Shown piece after piece: positions 1-9,400 of a stretch of 25,209 nucleotides of DNA (the first letter of the stretch is position 1; every line of letters begins with the position of its first letter). Position numbers and translations under genes: made by a program. Under the pieces are notes generated by a model that was not told where the DNA came from, did not search any database, and saw only the letters and a list, made by a program, of their open reading frames with translations. Source of the DNA: a virus (taxonomy: Duplodnaviria > Caudoviricetes); the IMG/VR virus record IMGVR_UViG_3300020043_001518, positions 1-25,209 of that record; one strand, given 5' to 3'.

Positions 1-221
1 GCGAACGCGGGCCTGAACTGTTTGTTCCCCGTTCATCGGGTACAGTAATTCCTAACCATGCTTTAGCGGGCGCGGGAGGCACTACGATGGTCACAAACAA
101 CTACATTAACGCCATTGATACAAAATCTTTTGAGGACAGATTGCTTGGAAGCCCTACTGCGGTTTGGGCGGCTAATCAATATGCTAATAAATCATTGGCA
201 GTAAACAGGGGACGCGCATAA
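1..221 (+). CDS. Tail tape measure protein, C-terminal fragment (5' truncated)
   Basis: Frame from nt 3 reads ERGPELFVPRSSGTVIPNH...NRGRA*; the GERGPE-like motif is typical of tape-measure C-termini; stop TAA 219-221 overlaps the next ATG; position upstream of tail-tip genes. Confidence 0.75.
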   Translation, partial: ERGPELFVPRSSGTVIPNHALAGAGGTTMVTNNYINAIDTKSFEDRLLGSPTAVWAANQYANKSLAVNRGRA

Positions 222-817
222 TGTCTTTCCAAACAATATTTGAAATTCAACAATCCATGACGGTGAATAATCGCCGTGTGGTTGGTCAACAAGTAGCCCG
301 TTCTGGTTACATTACTGTGGCGCAATATTTAACTGCTGTGCCTTGGGTATTTACCATTACGCCACACAGTTATTTGTATTACCCACAGGTTAGGGATGTA
401 ATCCAAACCATCGATAACTTAGACCGCCAATTACCTGAAGCAATTACGTTTACAAGTTCCAATCTTTCATGGTTTACGGAAATGCGCGGAACTGCAACAG
501 CGGCTACGCTAAACGGCACACCAACGCCTAACACGCAAACCCTTGCGTTAACGTCTAATGGCACATTTAAGGCGGGTGATTTCATTATGGTAAGCGGATA
601 CACCTACAAGATAACTGCGGATTCTGCGGGGGCTTCTGTGGGCATCCATCGACCTTTAATCGGTACGCCAACATCAGGCACAACCGTTTATATTGGCAAT
701 CAATGCACATTTAATGTTGTTGCTGAAACTTGCCCAACATACACATTAAACCCAATGACTGATGGCGCGTTTGTACAATGGGATTCGCCATTTGTTTTTA
801 GAGAATACATCGTATGA
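221..817 (+). CDS. Putative distal tail / minor tail protein
   Basis: 198 aa beta-rich ORF directly after tape measure, translationally coupled; assignment by synteny. Confidence 0.55.
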   Translation: MSFQTIFEIQQSMTVNNRRVVGQQVARSGYITVAQYLTAVPWVFTITPHSYLYYPQVRDVIQTIDNLDRQLPEAITFTSSNLSWFTEMRGTATAATLNGTPTPNTQTLALTSNGTFKAGDFIMVSGYTYKITADSAGASVGIHRPLIGTPTSGTTVYIGNQCTFNVVAETCPTYTLNPMTDGAFVQWDSPFVFREYIV

Positions 818-1467
818 CAACAATTAACGCGGTAACTGGTTCGCAGATTAACCATGCGGAATTTGTAAAGTTAACTGTTGGGACTGCGGGAACGGTTTAC
901 ACATTTTGTAATGCCGCCGCACCCATTACAGTTGGTGGTATTACCTTTTCAAACCTTGGCGCATTGTTAAACGTAAGTGATGTTCAACGCGACATTAAAG
1001 CAACGTCTGACGATATGACAATTGCTTTAACTGGTATTGAATCATCAAACATTTCGCTGATTCTTTCTAGCGACATTAAAGGTTCTTTGGTGGAAGTTTG
1101 GCGTGGCTTTTTTGATTCCAACAATCAAATTATCACAACGCCAACAACGCAGTTTTTTAAACGCTACCAAGGCATTATTAACAGCGTGGCAATTACCGAA
1201 GATTTCAATTCTGAAATGCGTACACGCGTAGCAACGTGTTCTATTTCATGTTCGTCTATGCGCCGTATTTTGGAAAACAGATTGTCAGGCGTTAAGACAA
1301 ACAAAAGTAATTGGCAGTTTATTTACGGCACAAGCGAAACATCAATGAACCGTGTTGCGGAAATATCCAATACATTCTTTGACTTTGGCGCACCACCTAA
1401 AACCAATACACAGGCAAGCGAAACTACAGTAACAATGGACAATTCAGCAGGTGACGCATCACCATGA
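814..1467 (+). CDS. Putative tail hub / baseplate protein (DUF2163/gpL-like position)
   Basis: 217 aa, ATGA overlap; motifs like 'GALLNVSDVQRD', 'VEVWRGFFD', 'YQGIIN' resemble siphovirus hub proteins; synteny. Confidence 0.55.
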   Translation: MTTINAVTGSQINHAEFVKLTVGTAGTVYTFCNAAAPITVGGITFSNLGALLNVSDVQRDIKATSDDMTIALTGIESSNISLILSSDIKGSLVEVWRGFFDSNNQIITTPTTQFFKRYQGIINSVAITEDFNSEMRTRVATCSISCSSMRRILENRLSGVKTNKSNWQFIYGTSETSMNRVAEISNTFFDFGAPPKTNTQASETTVTMDNSAGDASP

Positions 1468-1910
1468 TAAGACAGGCGACAAGATACGATATACCCAGAC
1501 TGTTAGAAATTGTGGAGGCTTACGCTTATGAAAACCCAATTAAAAAACTTGGTGAATCGCACAATCACTTTCCGCGATACGTTGAAGAATTATTGTTTAG
1601 CATCATTCAAGGTCGTGGGTTCATTTTTGTGGACACGCATCTTAGAGGTGCAATCGTGGCTTACAAAACTTCTAACATTTGGTCACCCAAAATAAAAGAA
1701 TTAAACGAATTGCTGTGGTGGGTAGAACCTGAACACAGAAACGGAACGGTTGGCGGTAGGCTTTGGAAAGCGTTTGATGAACGCGCAAAGATTATGCTAA
1801 AGGCTGGTGAAGTAGATTTAGTATGCACATCGATTTCGGCTAACGGGCCGTTGATTGATTACACGCGCAGGGGTTATAAACCACTTGGCGCAACTTTCGT
1901 TAGGGAATAA
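1464..1910 (+). CDS. GNAT-family acetyltransferase-like protein
   Basis: MIRQATRYDI N-terminus, WWVEPEHRNGTVGGRL (acetyl-CoA binding motif A like), YTRRGYK C-terminal motif. Confidence 0.75.
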   Translation: MIRQATRYDIPRLLEIVEAYAYENPIKKLGESHNHFPRYVEELLFSIIQGRGFIFVDTHLRGAIVAYKTSNIWSPKIKELNELLWWVEPEHRNGTVGGRLWKAFDERAKIMLKAGEVDLVCTSISANGPLIDYTRRGYKPLGATFVRE

Positions 1911-1912
1911 AA

Positions 1913-4900
1913 ATGGTATCGACACTCATTGCGGCTGGTGCAAATTATTTGGTGACAACGTTTGGCATTAGCGTCACAGCGGCAACGTTTGCCGTTAGTT
2001 TTGCATTGTCACAAGTTGTTTCCCGCATATTTGCTGAGAACCCAGAATCACAGCAAGACATGGGTGTTCGTCAACAAGTACCGCCAAGCCAAGTAAACGC
2101 CATTCCTATTGTTTACGGCGATGCGTATATGGGCGGTACGTTTGTTGACGCTGTGCTGACAACAGACCAAAAAACAATGTATTACGTTTTGGCTATCTCA
2201 AGCATTAGCCAAGCAAACGCAACGTTAGGAACAGCGGCGGGTGTGTTTAACTTTGACACAACCAAGATGTACTACGGCGACCGCCTGATTACTTTTGATG
2301 GCACAGACCTGACAAAAGTTGTTAGCCTGACCGATGAAGCGGGTAATGTTGACACAAAGATTAGTGGCAATCTTTACATTAACCTTTACAAATCTAGTAA
2401 CGCGGGTGTTATTACTTCTGTTAACGGTGCGTCTGCGCCAAGTACAGTTATGGGCGGTTCGGACATTGCCGTTGCGCAAAGATGGCCCGCCACCAACAGA
2501 CAAATGAACAACTTGGCATTTGCCATTGTCAAACTTGTTTACAACCGCGATGCTGACACTACGCAACTTAACCCAATCACATTCAAGGTAAGCCATTACC
2601 CCAATGGTGCAAGCGTTGCAAAACCCGCAGATGTTTGGCTTGATTACATTACAAACGAATCCTATGGCGGCGCAGTTGACCCTGCATTTGTTGACACAAC
2701 TTGCGTGGCTACGCTTAACGCATACTCAGATGCTTTAATTACTTATACACCTTCTGGTGGTGGGTCACCCGTCACACAAGCGCGTTACAGAATCAATGGC
2801 GTGTTAGACGCGGGACAAACTGTATTGTCAAACCTTGACCGCATCATGTCTGCTTGCGATTCGTGGATGACGTATAACGCGGCACTTGGTCAATGGTCTA
2901 TTGTTATTAACAAAGCGGAAACTGCCGCATACGCGTTTACAGATAACAACATCATTGGTGACATTCGTGTTAGCGCAACAGATATTACATCGTCAATCAA
3001 TCAAGTTGAAGCAAGATTTCCGTTTAAAGAAAACCGCGACCAAGCGGCATTTGTTAACTTAGAAACACCGTCTGGATTGCTGTACCCTAACGAACCCGTT
3101 AACAAATATTCCATTACTTATGATTTGGTTAACGATTCGGTTCAGGCTCAGTACCTTGCAAACCGATTGTTGGAACAAGCACGCGAAGATTTGATTGTTA
3201 GTTTTAGCACCACTTTTTACGGCATCCAAGTTAACGCGGGTGATGTGGTTAGCGTAACCAATGCTGATTTTGGTTGGTCTGCTAAATTGTTCCGCGTAAT
3301 GAAAGTTAATGAGGCTTCATTGCCTGATGGAACACTAGGTGCAAAACTAGAGTTAAACGAATACAGCGCGGCTGTTTATGATGACCAAAACGTTACTCAA
3401 TACGCACCAATTGCAAATTCTAATTTGCCATCGCCATCATATTTTTCATCATTATCTGCGCCTACAGTTTCGGCATCTTATCCGTCTGCAACCATTCCAT
3501 CTTTTGATGTAACCGTTACAGTACCGACAACGGGTCGCGTTACGTTTGGCACTTTGTATTACACAACAACGCCCGCAGTTTCTACCAGTTGGTTGGTGTT
3601 GGATGTTGCCAATTCTGTCGATAACATTCCTGTTGTTAACGGTTCAACATACACATTTGCAAATCTAACATTACCTGCGGCAACATATTACTTTACGTTT
3701 ACTGTTGGCAACGAAACCGCTACATCGGCAAAAAGTACAAATAGTTCTGCGTTTGTTTGGAATCCCGTTGGCATGGTTGGCCCATCAGGGGACAACGGTT
3801 TAACGGCTTTAACGGCTTATTTGGTGCAAAGCCAATCTAGTGCAACGCCAACATTTACAACGCCTACAAGCGGTGCGACAGCCCCTAGCGGATGGTCATT
3901 AACAACGCCCGCTATTACTGTTGGTCAAGTAATGTGGTACATCCAAGGTCGATATAACAGCAATGCGGTTACGGTAGATGGCGTAGCGGCAAACACAACC
4001 GCGTGGACAGGCCCGATAGCGGCAAGCGTATTCCAAGACATTCGGTCTGACAATTGGAATGGTTCAACGCCACCTACATACGGTACACCTGCAACTTATG
4101 GTACAGCAGGTTATTACATTCAGCAATCAACAGGCGATTGTTATTTCAACGATGGCGTTTTTCGTGCCGACATTACCACTAGTGGTGATGCAACTTTTAG
4201 CGGTAAGAATTTTGAAAATACTTATCCAATTACAGTTTCTGGTGTTTCTTATAGCATTGACTATTCTGCATACGCAGAAGCCACATCTACGCCAACAGCG
4301 GGTGTAGTTCGTAATGGTTTGTTAGGCGTTGCAAGCGCATCTAGCGGTTTATATAACGTAGGCGTTATTGGATATGGTCAAAACGGTGGTGCGGCATTGG
4401 GCATTGGCGTGTTTGGTCAAGGCAATCACATCGGCGGTTCTTTTACATCACCATCAGTAACAGGTGCAGGTGTTTATTGTGAAAATACCAATCCAACTGG
4501 CGCGGCTTTATGGATTGCAACTGGTAGATTCAAATGGGGCGGTTATTCAATAATTGCTCCCGCAGGTTCAACAACCACATTCTTGAGAAATGATGGAACA
4601 TGGGCTACGCCTAGTGGCGGTGCAACTCCCGCAGGTTCAAATACACAAATCCAATATAACAATGCGGGTGCGTTTGGTGCAACTGGAAACTTAACTTATA
4701 CAGGTTCAGCATTAAACGCTTTTGGTGTTGAAATTAGTTCTGGCAATGGTTCGCACTTTACTAATATTGCTATTGGTGCAAATGCTTTAATTTCAAGGAC
4801 TACTGGGCAAGGTAATGTAGCAACTGGTTATGAGGCATTAAGAAACACTACAAGCGGTGGACAGAATACCGCATACGGATATCTTGCTTTAAAAACAAAC

Positions 4901-5884
4901 ACAACTTCTAGTTTTAATACTGCTGTTGGTTATGCCGCTTTGCAAAATGCAACAGGAGACACTAATACTGCTATTGGATATAACGCGGCATCTTCTGCTT
5001 TAACTGGAAGTGGCAATGTTGCTGTTGGAAATAACACATTAGTAGCCTGCACATCAGGACAAAGTAATGTGGCAATTGGTAATTTTGCGGGTTATTCAAA
5101 CACAACTGGTGGTTCAAACATTTGTATTGGTTTAAATACAAATTTCACAAATACAAGTGGTAATGGCAATATTGCTGTTGGAGGTGACTCATTACGCTAC
5201 AACACAGCAAGTTACAATATTGCAATCAGAGGTTTGTATGCCAATACTACAGGTTCTGGTAATACTGGAATTGATGCACTTTCTTCTAATACAATTGGTT
5301 ATTTTAATGTTGGCGTTGGTTATGGCGCAATAAATAACAACGTAAGCGGTAGCAGTAATGTTGGAATAGGCGTTGAATCCCTTGGTTCAACAACATCAGA
5401 TTCCAACACAGCAATTGGTAGGGCATCAGGCGATACCAACACAACAGGCACAAATAACACTTTTGTTGGTTATCAAGCCCGTGGTTCATCAGCAACCACA
5501 AGTAATAACATTACTTTAGGTAATTCAAGCATTACAACTTTGCGATGCCAAGTAACAAGTATTACTGCATTGTCAGATGCCCGTGACAAAACAGATGTAA
5601 AACCTATTCAATCTGGTTTAGAGTTTGTTAAGAAACTAAACCCCGTGTCATTTACTTGGAACACAAGGGATGGGGCTAAAGTTGGATTGCCTGACATGGG
5701 TTTTATTGCTCAAGAATTGATGGAAGTTCAAAACCAAACTCAGACAATCCCTAATTTGGTTTCACATGACAACCCAGAAAAATTAGAAGCGGCTTACGGG
5801 GCAATGTTCCCAATCCTTGTAAAAGCGGTACAAGAATTAACAGCAGAAGTTGAAACATTAAAAAAATTGCTTCACAAAGATTAA
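1913..5884 (+). CDS. Tail tip / central fibre protein (gpJ-like N-terminus, beta-helical repeats, C-terminal peptidase S74 intramolecular chaperone)
   Basis: 1323 aa; IPIVYG motif, phage-tail domain, N-x-A-x-G-x-x-A-L repeats, then SDARDK...LNPVSFTW...GFIAQEL...LVKAVQEL chaperone signature. Confidence 0.85.
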   Translation: MVSTLIAAGANYLVTTFGISVTAATFAVSFALSQVVSRIFAENPESQQDMGVRQQVPPSQVNAIPIVYGDAYMGGTFVDAVLTTDQKTMYYVLAISSISQANATLGTAAGVFNFDTTKMYYGDRLITFDGTDLTKVVSLTDEAGNVDTKISGNLYINLYKSSNAGVITSVNGASAPSTVMGGSDIAVAQRWPATNRQMNNLAFAIVKLVYNRDADTTQLNPITFKVSHYPNGASVAKPADVWLDYITNESYGGAVDPAFVDTTCVATLNAYSDALITYTPSGGGSPVTQARYRINGVLDAGQTVLSNLDRIMSACDSWMTYNAALGQWSIVINKAETAAYAFTDNNIIGDIRVSATDITSSINQVEARFPFKENRDQAAFVNLETPSGLLYPNEPVNKYSITYDLVNDSVQAQYLANRLLEQAREDLIVSFSTTFYGIQVNAGDVVSVTNADFGWSAKLFRVMKVNEASLPDGTLGAKLELNEYSAAVYDDQNVTQYAPIANSNLPSPSYFSSLSAPTVSASYPSATIPSFDVTVTVPTTGRVTFGTLYYTTTPAVSTSWLVLDVANSVDNIPVVNGSTYTFANLTLPAATYYFTFTVGNETATSAKSTNSSAFVWNPVGMVGPSGDNGLTALTAYLVQSQSSATPTFTTPTSGATAPSGWSLTTPAITVGQVMWYIQGRYNSNAVTVDGVAANTTAWTGPIAASVFQDIRSDNWNGSTPPTYGTPATYGTAGYYIQQSTGDCYFNDGVFRADITTSGDATFSGKNFENTYPITVSGVSYSIDYSAYAEATSTPTAGVVRNGLLGVASASSGLYNVGVIGYGQNGGAALGIGVFGQGNHIGGSFTSPSVTGAGVYCENTNPTGAALWIATGRFKWGGYSIIAPAGSTTTFLRNDGTWATPSGGATPAGSNTQIQYNNAGAFGATGNLTYTGSALNAFGVEISSGNGSHFTNIAIGANALISRTTGQGNVATGYEALRNTTSGGQNTAYGYLALKTNTTSSFNTAVGYAALQNATGDTNTAIGYNAASSALTGSGNVAVGNNTLVACTSGQSNVAIGNFAGYSNTTGGSNICIGLNTNFTNTSGNGNIAVGGDSLRYNTASYNIAIRGLYANTTGSGNTGIDALSSNTIGYFNVGVGYGAINNNVSGSSNVGIGVESLGSTTSDSNTAIGRASGDTNTTGTNNTFVGYQARGSSATTSNNITLGNSSITTLRCQVTSITALSDARDKTDVKPIQSGLEFVKKLNPVSFTWNTRDGAKVGLPDMGFIAQELMEVQNQTQTIPNLVSHDNPEKLEAAYGAMFPILVKAVQELTAEVETLKKLLHKD

Positions 5885-5899
5885 ATGGATTGCTAAAAT
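5871..5899 (+). promoter_or_regulatory. Candidate sigma70 promoter for fibre operon
   Basis: TTCACA (5871-5876), 17 bp spacer, TGc-TAAAAT extended -10 (5891-5899). Confidence 0.45.
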
Positions 5900-5967
5900 A
5901 ACACCATAAGATAAGACACACAGACCCGCAAGAGTGCGGAAGTTCTAACTGAGTTCAGGGAACAACA

Positions 5968-6456
5968 ATGGCTGTCTTTAACAAAAATACACTTGCACAA
6001 GTATCGGGATTTGACAATCCTATCCTTGCGGGTGAACTGGTTTATAACCAAAATACTTATTGGAATTTGACATTCACGAATTCCAATACAAACTTGCCAA
6101 TCAATCTGACAGGCGCAACAATTAACGCGCAGATTGTTCGCAGGGAAGTCACAAACATCATTGACACCCGCAACGGGTTGACATTTGATATTGCCGACTA
6201 CACACCGACACCAACCGCTATTCCGCTGACCGTTTCCAACATTGTTGCGGCTTCAGGCACTTGCACTTTGGTTATTGATTCAACAACGTGGGGTTTAATC
6301 TCCACCGATGCTCAACTTGAAATTAACGCCACAAATTGCGTTGGCTATTCAGGTCGGGTTAAGGTTTCATTTCCCGCAAGTGGCTCGACACCCGCAGATG
6401 ACCAAATCATCTTTTTGTTGTTCTTAGTGCGTTCTGACGGAATCGTGGTTGTATGA
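5968..6456 (+). CDS. Virion structural protein (BppU/fibre-adaptor-like)
   Basis: 162 aa with 'PINLTGATINAQI' motif typical of BppU-like N-terminal domains; AGGG RBS; coupled to fibre gene. Confidence 0.55.
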   Translation: MAVFNKNTLAQVSGFDNPILAGELVYNQNTYWNLTFTNSNTNLPINLTGATINAQIVRREVTNIIDTRNGLTFDIADYTPTPTAIPLTVSNIVAASGTCTLVIDSTTWGLISTDAQLEINATNCVGYSGRVKVSFPASGSTPADDQIIFLLFLVRSDGIVVV

Positions 6457-9400
6457 GCAAAGGCATTATCGTATCCCCTGCGAATAGGGGCGTTCAGGTT
6501 GTTGTAACGGACGAGAACAACGTGCAACTCTTGGTTGATAGCAACCGAGGGGTTAACCTTGAAATCGTGCCACAGCCCCGCATAGAGGTTTTGGTTGACA
6601 AGGGCGTGGAAGGCCCACAAGGGCCAGCGGGCGAGGGTGTCCCTACAGGCGGAACTACAGGTCAAGTTTTAGCCAAAGCAAGCAATGCAAACTATGACAC
6701 AGTTTGGGCAACCATTACAGGCACTTTGGTATATCAGGGTTCTTGGAACGCATCTACAAATACGCCTACGCTGACTTCTAGTGTTGGCACAAACGGTTAT
6801 TACTATGTTGTTGGCACAAGCGGCTCTACTAACCTGAACGGCATTACCGATTGGGTGGTGGGTGATTGGGCTATTTTTAATGGTTCTGTTTGGCAAAAGA
6901 TTGACAACACAGACCTAGTGTCATCGGTTAATGGACAAACAGGCGTAGTTGTTTTGGATGCGGCTGATGTAGGTGCATTGAGTGATATTACATCTACAGA
7001 TGGTTCAGTAACAATTACATCGCCAAATGCAACAACAAGAGATTTATCTGTTGCTGTTGCGGGTGCTACAACCAATGTATTGTGTTTGGTTCGCAATACA
7101 ACAGGCGCAACCTTAACCAAGGGAACTGTTGTTTATATCTCTGGTGCAACAGGTCAAAATCCTACTGTATCCAAAGCAATTGCTACATCGGATGCCACAT
7201 CTGCTCAAACATTGGGCATGATGACTGCTGACTTGGCAAACAACTCAAATGGTTATGTAACTGTCATTGGTTTAATTACCAATATTGACACATCTGCTTA
7301 TACCGATGGGCAACAGTTGTATTTGAGTGGAACTGTTGCGGGTGCTGTAACGGCTACAAAACCCCATGCACCTATTCATTTGGTTTATGTTGCTGTTGTT
7401 GAACACGCTCACCCAACTCAAGGTAAATTGTTTGTCAAAGTTCAGAATGGTTATGAGTTAGATGAGATTCACGATGTTTCTATTGTTAGCCCAACAACAG
7501 GTCAAACGCTTGTTTATAACGCTACAAATGATTTATGGGAAAACTCTAATGCGCCAGTAATTAGCGGCACTACGATTAACAACACAGTCATAGGAGGCAC
7601 AACCCCTGCGGCTGGTACGTTTACTACGCTTGGTGTAACAACATCTATCAATGCGGTAGGAACTGATCCTGACGTAAATCTTTTAATTAACAGTAAGGGC
7701 ACAGGCTCCACCATCTTTAACTCGGACAATGGCGAGCATTTGCGAATTTTTGATCGCGGTCTTGCTAGTGTGGTGAACTACGCTCAGATTTCAGGCGCGA
7801 CCAATACAAATGCTCCACGCATTTCGGGCCAAGGGTCAGGGGCTAACGTGCCTTTGTTCATTGGTACAAAAGGTACGTCACAAATTGCCTTTTACACCAA
7901 CAACTTTAACCAAGAGCAATTCCGAGTATCCCACACCGCATCAGCAGTTAATTACGTTCAGGTGACTGGTGCGGCTACTGGTTCTTCTCCTGTTATTTCA
8001 ATGCAGGGTTCTGATTCTTCAATTAGTTTTTTATTTCAATCAAAAGGTAGCGGCACAGGGGCTTATTTCACAAACAGCGCTTTCCCAGCAAACAACTATT
8101 TTTCAGCAACAAACCCTAGTGGAGTTGCGTCTGCAAACCGTTTAAATGCCGCTGGAGCGGCTACAACTTTTTCGCCTGTTCTGTCAGCCCAAGGCTCAGA
8201 CACCAACATTGCCCAAGTATTCCAATCCAAAGGAACAGGAGCAATAGACCTAGCCGCTGGTAGTTCAGGGGTGAATATCTCTAATGGTGGTACTGTTACT
8301 GCGATTACGAGGACTGCGGCTGGTTCTGCATATACAAGTCAACCAACAGTTGCTATTTCTGCGCCAACTACTGCGGGTGGTGTACAAGCAACAGCAACAT
8401 TTACTCTTACTTTAGCGGCAACACCTACTGTTTCTGCGGGTGGTTCTGGTTATACAGTTGGTGATGTTTTAACAATTACGGGTGGAACTTCCACACAAAC
8501 TGCAACAGTAACTGTAGCCACGGTTTCGGCTGGCGCTGTTGCTACTGTCACAATTTCAAACTTTGGCATTTACACAGTTGCGCCGTCTAATCCAGCATCT
8601 GTAACAGGCGGCACAGGAACTGGTGCTACTTTTAATTTGTCTTTTGGCATATTCAGCGCAACCATCACCAACGCAGGCTCAGGCTATGTAGAACAACCAA
8701 CAATAAGTTTCTCTGGTGGCGGTGGTAGTGGTGCGGCGGCTTATGCGACTGTGGGGTCTGGGACTACTATAAAAAGCATTGGCGCAACGCTTGATTTGTC
8801 TGTAGATAACACAAGTTCACAGGCGTTTCGTTTTTATAACTCTGGCGGTACAGGAACTGCATATTGGTCTGCGGCTTCTGGTTCAACTTCACCATTTTTA
8901 TACGCTCAAGGAGCGTCAAACGTAACAGGCCGTATCACATCAAATGGCACAGGTTCGGTTGCGCTTTACACAGGTGGAGGCGCTCAACTTCAGTTTAACG
9001 TATCCCACACAGCCTCTGCTGTTAACTATGTACAAGTAACGGGGGCGGCTACTGGAACAGGGCCGACAATTAGTTCGCAAGGTTCTGATGCTAATGCAAG
9101 GCTCTTGTTAAACTCAAAAGGTTCATCTAGCGGTATTGATTTGTTGATGAACAACAGCCGTCAGGTTTTTATTGGAACAAACGGCTCTGCGGTCAATTAC
9201 TTGTTGATGGGTGGAACGGCTACTGGCTTTGGCCCCGCTATTTCTTCTGCTGGCTCAGACACAAACATCCCCCTAGTCCTTCAACCAAAAGGAACAGGCG
9301 CACTCCAAGCCCAACAGACAGACTCTACTGCTACTGGTGGTAATGCTAGGGGTGCTAATGCTGTTGATTGGCAGACTATTCGTTCAACTGCTGTTCGTGT

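Noticed and set aside
5190-5300. Possible frameshift where tail-tip repeats look shortened
   Set aside because: Frame stays open and the downstream S74 chaperone is in frame; just irregular repeats
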